This document shows positions 1-8,832 of a stretch of 64,000 nucleotides of DNA, one piece after another; the first letter of the stretch is position 1; each line of letters begins with the position of its first letter. This DNA is from Halobacteriovoraceae bacterium (GTDB taxonomy: Bacteria > Bdellovibrionota > Bacteriovoracia > Bacteriovoracales > Bacteriovoracaceae). The position numbers were made by a program, and so were the translations under genes. The stretch is from NCBI GenBank assembly GCA_020635135.1, contig JACKAJ010000018.1, forward strand, positions 2,567 to 66,566. The letters run 5' to 3'. Under the pieces are notes generated by a model. The model saw nothing but the letters and a program-made list of their open reading frames with translations, was not told the DNA's origin and ran no database searches.

Positions 1-1
1 C

Positions 2-1609
2 GATATCAACTATAAAAGACATCCCTCTATTTCCAGAGCAAGGCTTGTTTCAAATAAATTTGATAAACCCAGTTGTGCTCAGGAGAACGATTGTTCTTTG
101 TTTTTAGGAGAAATCGCCGACGGTTACAAAATAAAATTAAATGGCAAAACTCTTGTAGACAACTCCACCAAGTATTTAAAGCACGAATCATCCAATTTTA
201 ATCTCCCTAGTTTTTTATTTAAAATTACGAATAATATCATTGAGATTGAACTCTTTAACCTCAATAATGCTCACTTGGGTCTTCTCTCATCTCAAACATC
301 TATCGATCATTCACTTTCTGTTGAAATAACCTCTCATCTTGATTGGTTTTTTCGAACTGGCGTGCAATTAACGAGTATTTACACACTCACTGTGATCGTT
401 CTCTTTTTGAGCTTCGTTTATCTCATCAATAAAGATCTCAATATAATCTCTGTTCTTTTTTATTCTTTAATTTCAATTTTTTATCTCATCAGCTTTAGTG
501 AAATTCCTAGAACTTTTCTCAATCCAGAACTGCTTTCGGGTGCGATTCATCTTCCGCTCAGGCTGGCCCAAGATCTCTTTCTCGTTATGACATTCAATCA
601 ATTTCTCAACCCATACGGACATTTCACAAACCTCTATAAATCGATGAAATACACCTACATTGTTTTTATCTTGATCATGCTCGTCTCCGCTGTTTCTGGA
701 ACCATCGATTACAGTTTTTATAAAAATATTATCTTCGTTGCCGCTCCTCTCGTGGCCTTACCTTTTTCCTTTGGTCTCATGCTGGCTTTACGTCAACGTC
801 GAGGGCGGAGGCGTTTTATTCTCTCCGTAACTATGCTGATCTTTCTCATCATGCAGATCAATGATCTCATGGTCTTTTGGCAAGTTTATCCTGGCTACTT
901 CACTGTTAAATTTTACATTCCTTTTCTCGCCATTTTTTTGCTCTACATCTATCTTTGGAGACTCGCAAAGCTCCAAGAGGCCAAAAACAATTTAGCCACC
1001 AAGGCAAGTATCGCCATGCAAGTCACTCACGATATAAAGTCTCCTGTGGCTGCTCTTCGCTCGTTGAAGCAATATATTGAGCTTCCCAACTCTGAAGCGA
1101 AAGACATCTTTGAAAACTCTTTAGAGAGAATACAAAATATTTCCGATTCTTTTGTAAACCAATGTTCAAAATCACAAAGAGTATCAATCAACGCCCTTGT
1201 TCTTTCCATTCTTAGAGAGAAAAAAGCTCTCTTAAAAGAAAAAAAGATTTCTCATAGCTTTCAATCTCTTCTTACAAAGAAAGAAGACATGCTCTACACT
1301 CAACCACGCGAACTTCAACGAATTGTCGCGAATATTCTCAACAATGCCATCGAGGCAATTGAGGGCGATGGCTCGATTGATATCACTCTTTCCAAGGGCC
1401 AAAAACACGTTCTCATTGCCATTCAAGATACTGGCAAAGGAATTTCAGAAGATGTGCTCTATAATCTTGGGAATCTCGAAAACACTTGTGGCAAAAAGAA
1501 TGGTCAAGGGCTTGGGCTCTATCACGCTTTTCACGTTCTCAGAAAAATGGGTAGCGATCTCAAAATTTTCAAAAACACAAAGGGCACCACGGTGCAAATT
1601 ATTTTATGA
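2..1609 (+). CDS. Sensor histidine kinase with multi-pass membrane N-terminal region (5' end probably outside window)
   Basis: The frame is open from the left edge (no stop between nt 2 and the TTG at 98), so the start is probably upstream. A block of about 7 hydrophobic segments is followed by H-box THDIKSPVAAL, N-box NILNNAIEAI, G1 DTGKGI and G2 GQGLGL (HisKA + HATPase_c). Confidence 0.85.
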   Translation, partial: DINYKRHPSISRARLVSNKFDKPSCAQENDCSLFLGEIADGYKIKLNGKTLVDNSTKYLKHESSNFNLPSFLFKITNNIIEIELFNLNNAHLGLLSSQTSIDHSLSVEITSHLDWFFRTGVQLTSIYTLTVIVLFLSFVYLINKDLNIISVLFYSLISIFYLISFSEIPRTFLNPELLSGAIHLPLRLAQDLFLVMTFNQFLNPYGHFTNLYKSMKYTYIVFILIMLVSAVSGTIDYSFYKNIIFVAAPLVALPFSFGLMLALRQRRGRRRFILSVTMLIFLIMQINDLMVFWQVYPGYFTVKFYIPFLAIFLLYIYLWRLAKLQEAKNNLATKASIAMQVTHDIKSPVAALRSLKQYIELPNSEAKDIFENSLERIQNISDSFVNQCSKSQRVSINALVLSILREKKALLKEKKISHSFQSLLTKKEDMLYTQPRELQRIVANILNNAIEAIEGDGSIDITLSKGQKHVLIAIQDTGKGISEDVLYNLGNLENTCGKKNGQGLGLYHAFHVLRKMGSDLKIFKNTKGTTVQIIL

Positions 1610-1959
1610 CCCAGTATATACTCATTGATGATGATCCTCTTATTCACAAAATCTGGAAGTTTTCTGCAAAAAAAAATGGAATAGATTTAAAGACTTATTT
1701 CTGTTCCAAAGATTTTTATTATGAAATAGAAAATTTAGACCAAGATTCTCATGTTTGTATTGATTATAACCTTGGTTTCGATAAATGTGGGATAGAACTC
1801 GCGTTTGAAATCTACAACAAAGGTTTTAAATCGGTTTTCATTTCAACTGGTTTTGAAAAAAAATCAATCGCCATTTCTCCTCATACTTTTACTATTATAA
1901 ACAAACAACCACCTTGGGAAATTAAAAAACACGCTTTAATGAGGACGAAAAAAAATTAA
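1606..1959 (+). CDS. Stand-alone response-regulator receiver domain protein
   Basis: The ATG overlaps the kinase stop (ATGA). 117 aa. Receiver hallmarks are present: acidic IDDDP near the N-terminus, a candidate phospho-acceptor D in VCIDYN, T in FISTG and K in INKQPP. There is no output domain. Confidence 0.7.
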   Translation: MTQYILIDDDPLIHKIWKFSAKKNGIDLKTYFCSKDFYYEIENLDQDSHVCIDYNLGFDKCGIELAFEIYNKGFKSVFISTGFEKKSIAISPHTFTIINKQPPWEIKKHALMRTKKN

Positions 1960-3333
1960 ACCAATAAACGTCCCCAATACACCTAAGTAAAATTCATCAA
2001 TCACACTGAGATCCAAATCATTAAAGGAAGGGATAAGGCGACAAAGTTTCCATGAAGTGAGAAAGAATGCTCCCAATAGAGAAGCCCAAACAAATTGCCT
2101 ATCGGAAATGCGATGAGGTTTGAGATAACCATAGAGGACCGGCACCATAAAGCATGCAGCACTATAACTTCCAAGAGTTTTCCAGACACTTTTAATATTG
2201 CCATCGAAAACGAGAGCGAGCCCGATGGCCAGGGAGCCTGTAAAGAGGACTGAAAAATATTGAGTCATGAGATTTTTTTTCTTCTCAAGCCAATCATAAC
2301 TAATCGTCGTTGCACTAAGAAAGAGATAGGAGTCAAGTGTTGAGAGAATGGTTGCAAGAATTCCTGCTAAGAAAAAACCTTTAAGAGGTGTTGGAAGTAA
2401 TTGAAGAGCGTAGTTAGCGTACGCACGCGAGCTTTCAGCATCAGGGATAACAGCTTTGGCGTACATCGCCCCAAAAGTGGTACACAAATCAAAGCCCATC
2501 CAGATAATTGTCGAGGCGAGTATCCCTTTTTTGGCAATTGCTTTTGACTGAGCAGCAAAAACCCGTTGATAGAAATTGGGATCAACAAGTGTGGAAAGGG
2601 CGATAAATCCCCACACTAAAGTGGTGGCCCAAGAATTTTTTCCAGTAAAAGAGAAATAGTGGGGCTCGAGATTATTTTTTAGAAAATTTATCCCGCCAAA
2701 GCTAAGAAGAGAAAAGAGAATAACAAGAAAAACACTAGAGCACATCACGGCAAACTGGAGCATATCGGAGTAAACGATGGCCCGAAAACCTGAATAAGTC
2801 GAATACCCAAGGACGACAATAAGTCCTAATGTCATTGCGAGCCAAAGAGGTATCGGCCACAGAAGTTTTACGAAAAGCCCCAGGCTAATCACATAAGCGA
2901 TTGGGAGCACGTTAAAAAAATTAAAGAGTGTTGCCATTTTTTTAGAGCGAGGACCATACATCTCTCCAATAAGTTCGGGAAGTGTAATGGCGGGATAATC
3001 TTTGATTTTATCCACAAGAAAAAAAGCAAAAAGAATATAAGTGAAATACCAGAACACTCCTTGAGTGAGAAAATTATAAAGACCTTGATTGAAGGCTATT
3101 TCGGTGACTCCCCAAATTCCCCCATACCACGTAGCAACGAGTGTTCCTACAAACAATGGAAGAGTTAGTTTTCTGCCCATTATCATATAATCGAGAAATT
3201 CGTTGTTTCCACGATTTTTAAATTTTCTTGAAAAAAAAGAAACGAGAAAAGTCAGAGCGAGAATAGTGAAGAAAATACTCCAATCAGCAAACGATAAAAG
3301 ATGAGAAAACTCAGGATTAGATTCGATGCTCAT
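1936..3333 (-). CDS. Sodium:solute symporter (SSS) family transporter under a TPP riboswitch; ThiV-like candidate thiamine or thiamine-precursor importer
   Basis: 465 aa with about 12-13 hydrophobic helices. SSS-like N-terminal pattern (MGRKLTLPLFVGTLVATWYGG). A THI-box leader lies immediately upstream. Confidence 0.8.
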   Translation of the reverse strand: MSIESNPEFSHLLSFADWSIFFTILALTFLVSFFSRKFKNRGNNEFLDYMIMGRKLTLPLFVGTLVATWYGGIWGVTEIAFNQGLYNFLTQGVFWYFTYILFAFFLVDKIKDYPAITLPELIGEMYGPRSKKMATLFNFFNVLPIAYVISLGLFVKLLWPIPLWLAMTLGLIVVLGYSTYSGFRAIVYSDMLQFAVMCSSVFLVILFSLLSFGGINFLKNNLEPHYFSFTGKNSWATTLVWGFIALSTLVDPNFYQRVFAAQSKAIAKKGILASTIIWMGFDLCTTFGAMYAKAVIPDAESSRAYANYALQLLPTPLKGFFLAGILATILSTLDSYLFLSATTISYDWLEKKKNLMTQYFSVLFTGSLAIGLALVFDGNIKSVWKTLGSYSAACFMVPVLYGYLKPHRISDRQFVWASLLGAFFLTSWKLCRLIPSFNDLDLSVIDEFYLGVLGTFIGLIFFRPH

Positions 3334-3337
3334 GCCA

Positions 3338-3432
3338 AACCTCCTTACGCCGGTATCAGCCGGATCAAGTTAAGCGGTCTCTCGGTCATAAAAGTCGAGA
3401 CTCTCAGGCATCTTTAATGCCTCCCGCGGTTA
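3338..3432 (-). promoter_or_regulatory. TPP (THI-box) riboswitch
   Basis: The minus-strand leader reads CGCGGGAGGC-ATTAAAGAT-GCCTGAGAG-TCTCG..CGAGAG-ACCGCTTAACTTGATCCGGCTGATACCGGCGTAAGGAGGTTTGGCATG. It contains the conserved CUGAGA and ACYUGAUCYGG.U.AURCCRGCGUAGGGA-type cores of the TPP aptamer. The SD (AAGGAGG) sits in the 3' aptamer strand. Confidence 0.8.
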
Positions 3433-3704
3433 TTGAAAAAGATACTAGGACTTTTCTAGGGACATTTCAATAAGAATTGCCAAGAAAAGTTGGCAATTTT
3501 GTATATTATAAAAGCCCCTTTAAGCCTCTGAAATATTGATGAAAATTATTTTTTTAGACTCTGCTCTTATCTTTAAAAGCCATCCCACCGATATAATAAA
3601 TACAACAACATAGGATAGGGTCGTGTCGTCATCTCTTGATATTTGTCTGGAAGCAAGTAGAGAGCTCCTATCCCAAAGGAATTTATCTTAACTAGGAGTT
3701 TTCT

Positions 3705-4577
3705 ATGCGCATTTTCGCTTTGATGTTTTTCGTGTGGAGTTTAAGTCTCTCGCAGTCGCTTTGGGCACAAGCTGGTTCTTATTATTATGATGCCGGTTCA
3801 AACTGCGAATTTGTGGAAGTTGCAAGCAACGTTTTTGCGGTCCCCAGTTCTTGTCAGTCAGCCTTTAATTCCTATTTTTCTTGTTCTTCTCAACAAATTA
3901 CAACAAATAGCACTTACGGGATCGATACAGTTTCGTGTTCCGTGAGCAATATTGATTCATTTTTACAGTCTATCAGCGACACTGATTATCTTTTTCAAGC
4001 AGTGAGTGCTCCCGATTATGAAACAAGCTCTACTCTTACTGGGTATATTGTTGAGCAAGTTGGCGATGTTTATATCCATGACATGACTCTTTCTGGTTTT
4101 CATGTCATCTATCCAGTTTTTGCCCAAGGAACAAACAGTGTTCTTGGTCTTGGACACAATTTCGATGAATTTATTGACTTATATGAATTATACAAACAAG
4201 AAATTGCTGATCTCAATAACGCTGGCTCCACCACTTTTGATGAAACTCAGCACTTTCTCAAAAGTGATGCCTTCCCATTAACATCTATGGACAACCCTTT
4301 TTCTGCAAAACTTGATAACCCAAGATATCGACACTTTTTTTATTTTGATATAAGCCAATCTAAAACTCAGGTAATTGCTAACCTCACTCCTTTACTTGGA
4401 ACTTCATTTCAACTTACCGTTTACGATTCTAGAGGAAGAATAATTTTTAAAAAGAATTCTCACCGACGTTTTGGAGACATCAACTTTAGAAAAAAATTAA
4501 AAAAGGGTCGCTATTTTATGCTTATACAAGGTGGCAGGAGCCATCATCGCTATCAACTCGATTATTCAATTAAATAG
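3705..4577 (+). CDS. Secreted hypothetical protein
   Basis: SD AGGAG lies 7 nt upstream. Signal peptide MRIFALMFFVWSLSLSQSLWA|Q. The N-terminal half is Cys-rich. The last ~80 aa faintly resemble a pre-peptidase C-terminal beta-sandwich. No confident family. Confidence 0.6.
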   Translation: MRIFALMFFVWSLSLSQSLWAQAGSYYYDAGSNCEFVEVASNVFAVPSSCQSAFNSYFSCSSQQITTNSTYGIDTVSCSVSNIDSFLQSISDTDYLFQAVSAPDYETSSTLTGYIVEQVGDVYIHDMTLSGFHVIYPVFAQGTNSVLGLGHNFDEFIDLYELYKQEIADLNNAGSTTFDETQHFLKSDAFPLTSMDNPFSAKLDNPRYRHFFYFDISQSKTQVIANLTPLLGTSFQLTVYDSRGRIIFKKNSHRRFGDINFRKKLKKGRYFMLIQGGRSHHRYQLDYSIK

Positions 4578-5229
4578 AGGCTTTTGCATTTTTTAGAAGA
4601 TCTTGACGGACTTTCATCCAAATGGAGTAATACTTCCATGCTGGAGGAGCTTTTGGATCAGTGTGGTGATCAGGGAGAAGATTGAGATCATTTGTCTTTA
4701 AGAGAATTTCTTTAACTTGAGGGTTTTGAGAAAGTTTGGCCAGCATCGCTCGCTTGATCAATTGGAAGTGCTCACCTTTTTCCGGAGTTCTATAAGTCAT
4801 TTTTTTCCCAAGATAAGTCACCCAGTTAATCCCAAGTTTTTTCATGTTTTCGCTGGCGAGATCCCCTGCTTTCTTGGCTTGGTGGCTCGTCATTTGTTCC
4901 ACTTCACTTCGGATATACTCCCATTTCACTTGGGCTGAGTTGCGTTCGTCGCCTTGGGACTCGGGATATTTAAGTGATTGCCAAAACCCCTCAACACTTT
5001 GATATTTTTTCCCATCCAATTCAAAAGGTGTTTGCGCGAAATTGGAGAGAATTCCTAGTTCGTTTCTCTTGGAAAGAATCACATCGTTTCTTTGAGCAAC
5101 ATGAGGGGAGATCTCCCACCACTGCAACTCTTTTTTAGGGACTTCACTCCACCAATGCTCTGGATAACCTTTAACTTTTCCTTGAACCAGTAAAGGTAAA
5201 AAAATGAAAAGAAGAGTTAAATATTTCAT
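4570..5229 (-). CDS. NADAR (YbiA/DUF1768) domain protein with N-terminal signal peptide
   Basis: Signal peptide MKYLTLLFIFLPLLVQG. The core LSNFAQTPFELDGKKYQSVEGFWQSLKY plus RAMLAKLSQNPQVKEILLKT fits the NADAR pattern FSNF..P..DGK.y.S.EhyFQa.K ... KF.Q...l...LL.T. Confidence 0.7.
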   Translation of the reverse strand: MKYLTLLFIFLPLLVQGKVKGYPEHWWSEVPKKELQWWEISPHVAQRNDVILSKRNELGILSNFAQTPFELDGKKYQSVEGFWQSLKYPESQGDERNSAQVKWEYIRSEVEQMTSHQAKKAGDLASENMKKLGINWVTYLGKKMTYRTPEKGEHFQLIKRAMLAKLSQNPQVKEILLKTNDLNLLPDHHTDPKAPPAWKYYSIWMKVRQDLLKNAKASI

Positions 5230-5231
5230 TT

Positions 5232-5990
5232 TTACTCTGTCTCTTCTTCAGCGCCCATGTCCATATCTGCATGACCTTTAATCGCGTCCATGATCATGTA
5301 GCCCGCTTCTGTAGTCTTCTTGATATATTCGGTTGTAAGTTTCACAAAATGTTTATAATTTTTTTCAGAAATCAAGCTAAGGTACTCTGAAAGTTCTTCC
5401 GTGGATAGACTTTTAAAAGCATGGAAATACTGTTTTTTCATTGTTTCAAAAAAGTTTTGAGCTTCCTTGGCATCCATCTCTTTTCCATCGGCGTTGGTCA
5501 GTTTCTGAGAAGAATTTGTGGCTTGTTTTAATGGTTCTAATTGCACCTCTAAAACTTCATTAATGAGATTTTTCTTTTTCTCTTCAACTCCTGCATACAG
5601 TTTTTTTTCGTCGCTTACGAGTTTTTCTGTTTCTTCATTGGGACGGAAGCTTTGAAATATTGAATTCACTTTCTCAAGTGTTGGGTTTTTGGTGTATCGC
5701 TCTTGAGAAGCAACATAAGTTTCTTCAGTGAAAACGTTATCGAGTGAAGAAAAATACTCTTTCGAAGCATTAGAAATTTGTTTTTCATATTCAGTCATTG
5801 TCTTTTTAACGTTGGCTTCTTCAACACCTTGTTGAAGCATGAGCATTCTCATTTTTTCGACTTGAAGCTTTAAGTTTTTTTCAGCTTCTTGATAGGCTTC
5901 ATTGATACTTTTTGATTTGATTTCAGCAGAATTCTTTTTCGTACAGTTGAATAGAGAAAAACTAAGAATGAGGAAAAGAATCGTTTTCAT
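5232..5990 (-). CDS. Lipoprotein of unknown function (Lys/Glu-rich, helical)
   Basis: Lipobox MKTILFLILSFSLFN|C. The coding frame is continuous, with a stop 2 nt before the NADAR gene start. Confidence 0.6.
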   Translation of the reverse strand: MKTILFLILSFSLFNCTKKNSAEIKSKSINEAYQEAEKNLKLQVEKMRMLMLQQGVEEANVKKTMTEYEKQISNASKEYFSSLDNVFTEETYVASQERYTKNPTLEKVNSIFQSFRPNEETEKLVSDEKKLYAGVEEKKKNLINEVLEVQLEPLKQATNSSQKLTNADGKEMDAKEAQNFFETMKKQYFHAFKSLSTEELSEYLSLISEKNYKHFVKLTTEYIKKTTEAGYMIMDAIKGHADMDMGAEEETE

Positions 5991-6014
5991 ACACAGTCCT
6001 TTATTGAAATATAT

Positions 6015-6455
6015 TTAACAACCGAGGGAATCAAAGAGATCGATGCGTGTTTGGTGGCGCCCACCTTCAAAATCTGTTGCAAACCAGATTTTCAACATCT
6101 TTTTCATATCTTCGATAGGAGTAATCCGTCCAGCCAGGCAGATCACATTGGCATTATTATGTTTGCGAGACATCTCTGCATCGTATTCAGACAAACAGCG
6201 AGCGGCTCGAACACCACGAAAGCGATTGGCGGCCATGGAAACACCAATTCCGGATCCACAAAGCAATACGCCTTTGGAGTTCGCGTCTTTTTGCACACTC
6301 TTGGCCAATTTTATGGCAAATTCAGAATAGTTAGTGCTTTGATCAGAGTCAGTTCCCAGATCGATGACTTCAAATCCGAACTCGCTCGCTATAAACTTTG
6401 CAAGTTCGGATTTTTCAGGAAAGGCAGCATGGTCAGATGCTAGATAAACAACCAT
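6015..6455 (-). CDS. rpiB: Ribose-5-phosphate isomerase B (RpiB/LacAB family)
   Basis: 146 aa. It has the LLCGSGIGVSMAANR motif and the overall RpiB length and pattern. The start overlaps the ahcY stop by 1 nt (TAATG). Confidence 0.9.
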   Translation of the reverse strand: MVVYLASDHAAFPEKSELAKFIASEFGFEVIDLGTDSDQSTNYSEFAIKLAKSVQKDANSKGVLLCGSGIGVSMAANRFRGVRAARCLSEYDAEMSRKHNNANVICLAGRITPIEDMKKMLKIWFATDFEGGRHQTRIDLFDSLGC

Positions 6456-7789
6456 TAATAGCGGTAGTGTTCAGGCTTATAAGGTCCTGAAACTTCAACT
6501 CCTATATACTTCGCTTGGTCTGTTGAAAGTTGGTCGAGTTCAACACCAATTTTAGCGAGGTGTAGACGAGCCACTTTCTCATCCAAGTGCTTAGGAAGTG
6601 TATAAACTTTATTTTCATATTGAGAGTGATTTTTCCACAACTCAATTTGAGCTAATGTTTGGTTTGTAAATGAGTTAGACATAACAAAAGAAGGATGTCC
6701 TGTCGCACACCCGAGGTTAACCAATCGACCTTCAGCAAGAAGAATAATTTCTTTGCCGTTAACATTGTAAAGATCTACTTGGGGCTTAATTTCTTCTTTT
6801 GTATTGCCAAAGTTTTTATTCAACCAAGCAACGTCGATTTCGTTATCAAAGTGACCGATGTTACAAACGATTGTTTTGTCATTCATATTTTCAAAGTGAC
6901 GGCCAGTAAGAATATCTTTGTTTCCAGTTGCAGTTACAACAATGTTTGCTTCTTTAACAGCATCGTCCATTTTCTTAACTTCATAACCATCCATTGCCGC
7001 TTGAAGTGCGCAAATAGGATCAATCTCAGTGACGATAACTCGAGCCCCATTTCCTCTTAGAGAAGCGGCTGAACCTTTTCCAACGTCTCCGTAACCAGCG
7101 ACAACCGCAACTTTTCCAGCAAGCATGACGTCAGTGGCTCTTCTAATCGCATCCACACAAGATTCGCGACACCCGTATTTGTTATCAAATTTTGACTTCG
7201 TAACTGAGTCATTAACATTGATACAAGGAACAGGAAGTGTTCCATTTTTCATTCGATCGTAAAGGCGAAGAACACCCGTTGTTGTTTCCTCTGAGATACC
7301 TTTAACTTCTTTTGCAAGCTCAGGGTATTTATCGAGAACGACATTTGTCAGATCTCCTCCATCATCAAGGATCATATTGAGAGACTTACCGTCTTTAAAA
7401 TTAAATAGTGTCTGCTCGATACACCACTCATACTCGTCTTCAGTCATGCCTTTCCAAGCAAAAACAGCAGCTTTTCCTTCTTTGGCAATCGCTGCAGCAG
7501 CGTGGTCTTGAGTTGAAAAGATATTACAAGATGACCAACGAACCTCAGCACCTAATTCAAGAAGTGTTTCAATCAGAACAGCAGTCTGGATTGTCATGTG
7601 CAAACAACCTGCGATACGGGCCCCTTTCAGTGGCTGCTGGCTGCGAAATTCTTCACGGATGGACATTAAACCTGGCATTTCTGCTTCAGCCAGATGGATT
7701 TCTCTTCTCCCCCAGTCAGCAAGCGTGATATCTTTAACTTTATAGGGGACCACTTCGGCACTCGTGCCTTTGGAATATTCAGTTTTCAT
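6455..7789 (-). CDS. ahcY: Adenosylhomocysteinase
   Basis: Motifs [19 protein letters not shown]-binding [19 protein letters not shown] and a C-terminal HYRY. I prefer the ATG at 7789 (GAGGAA 5 nt upstream) over the longer ORF start at 7843. Confidence 0.95.
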   Translation of the reverse strand: MKTEYSKGTSAEVVPYKVKDITLADWGRREIHLAEAEMPGLMSIREEFRSQQPLKGARIAGCLHMTIQTAVLIETLLELGAEVRWSSCNIFSTQDHAAAAIAKEGKAAVFAWKGMTEDEYEWCIEQTLFNFKDGKSLNMILDDGGDLTNVVLDKYPELAKEVKGISEETTTGVLRLYDRMKNGTLPVPCINVNDSVTKSKFDNKYGCRESCVDAIRRATDVMLAGKVAVVAGYGDVGKGSAASLRGNGARVIVTEIDPICALQAAMDGYEVKKMDDAVKEANIVVTATGNKDILTGRHFENMNDKTIVCNIGHFDNEIDVAWLNKNFGNTKEEIKPQVDLYNVNGKEIILLAEGRLVNLGCATGHPSFVMSNSFTNQTLAQIELWKNHSQYENKVYTLPKHLDEKVARLHLAKIGVELDQLSTDQAKYIGVEVSGPYKPEHYRY

Positions 7790-7899
7790 ATTTCCTCGCT
7801 TTTTTTCTTGCATTTTATTTGATACCAAGCAAGAGACTAACATAGATAAAGTATCTACTCAATATATTGTAGAACCTAGCGGAGACAGGACTTCAAAAC

Positions 7900-8832
7900 A
7901 TGGCCAGCTACACCAAACTTGACCGTCAAGATATCGATGCCATTTTGGAGCTCTATCAGCTCCCTGGTGCGCTGCGTATTACCCCTCAAGGGCACGGCAT
8001 CTCTAATAGTAATTACGAAATCCAATTAGAAAACTCGCAAAAAATTCTCTTGAAAGTCTCGAACGATAAAGACCTTGAGGCCCTGCAAGAAGAACAAAAT
8101 ATTCTCATGCATCTCCATCAAAATGGTTATCTTTTGAGTCTCAATCCACTTTTAACTTCCGACAAACAGCCCGTTTATCAACATAAGGGACATATCGGAG
8201 TTATCTATCCCTATGTTGAAGGGCACGTTCCTCACATTACCGAGGAAAGTTGCCAGGAAATAGCTCGATCTCTTGCGAAGCTTCATCACGTCCCTGGGAG
8301 TTCTCAAATTCGCTCATGCACGAAAGTTGGCTTTGATTTAAAAAAAATTTTCGAATACACCCAGACAAAACAGTGTCCTGAATTTTTCAGAACCTCATTT
8401 CACAAAGTCTTTAGCGATCAAGAAATAAAAGATTATTTGAATGAAAAATTTGCTATGGGGATTATTCACGGTGATCTCTATTACGACAACACTATGTTTA
8501 ATAATGATAAAATCGTAAAAATAATCGACTTCGAACAATCAGGTATTGGTGAATATATTTTGGATATTGGGATATCGATATCTGGAACTTGTCTGGATAA
8601 TGGCGTCCTCAAGCAAAACTTAATCGATGCTTACCTGCAAGCCTACAACGAAATTCGCCCCCTACCGGACAGTGAAAGAAAATTTATGAACATGGCGATC
8701 TCAATAGGGCTTTTTTCAATCTCACTTTGGAGAATAAAACGTTTTTACGAAGGGAACCTCGATAAATCCCGAAGTGACTCTTATCAAGAACTCATTGCCC
8801 GTGCCCTACAATTTAAAGGAATTACCCATTGA
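7900..8832 (+). CDS. thrB: Homoserine kinase type II (protein-kinase/APH fold)
   Basis: The N-terminus MASYTKLDRQDIDAILELYQL...GISNSNYEI and the catalytic IIHGDLYYDNTMF match the ThrB2/APH phosphotransferase pattern. Confidence 0.7.
   Translation: MASYTKLDRQDIDAILELYQLPGALRITPQGHGISNSNYEIQLENSQKILLKVSNDKDLEALQEEQNILMHLHQNGYLLSLNPLLTSDKQPVYQHKGHIGVIYPYVEGHVPHITEESCQEIARSLAKLHHVPGSSQIRSCTKVGFDLKKIFEYTQTKQCPEFFRTSFHKVFSDQEIKDYLNEKFAMGIIHGDLYYDNTMFNNDKIVKIIDFEQSGIGEYILDIGISISGTCLDNGVLKQNLIDAYLQAYNEIRPLPDSERKFMNMAISIGLFSISLWRIKRFYEGNLDKSRSDSYQELIARALQFKGITH

Noticed and set aside
98-100. TTG at 98 as the kinase start codon
   Set aside because: The frame has no stop back to the window edge, and the upstream residues read as coding (..DINYKRHPSISRARLVSNKFDKPSCAQENDCS..). 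The gene most likely starts outside the window.
6043-6443. Two overlapping plus-strand ORFs (95 and 130 aa) opposite rpiB
   Set aside because: The minus-strand product matches RpiB end to end, so the plus-strand frames are antisense artefacts.
7790-7899. Looked for an SAH riboswitch in front of ahcY
   Set aside because: The leader is only ~100 nt, is shared with the divergent thrB promoter, and shows none of the conserved SAH-element blocks or pseudoknot.
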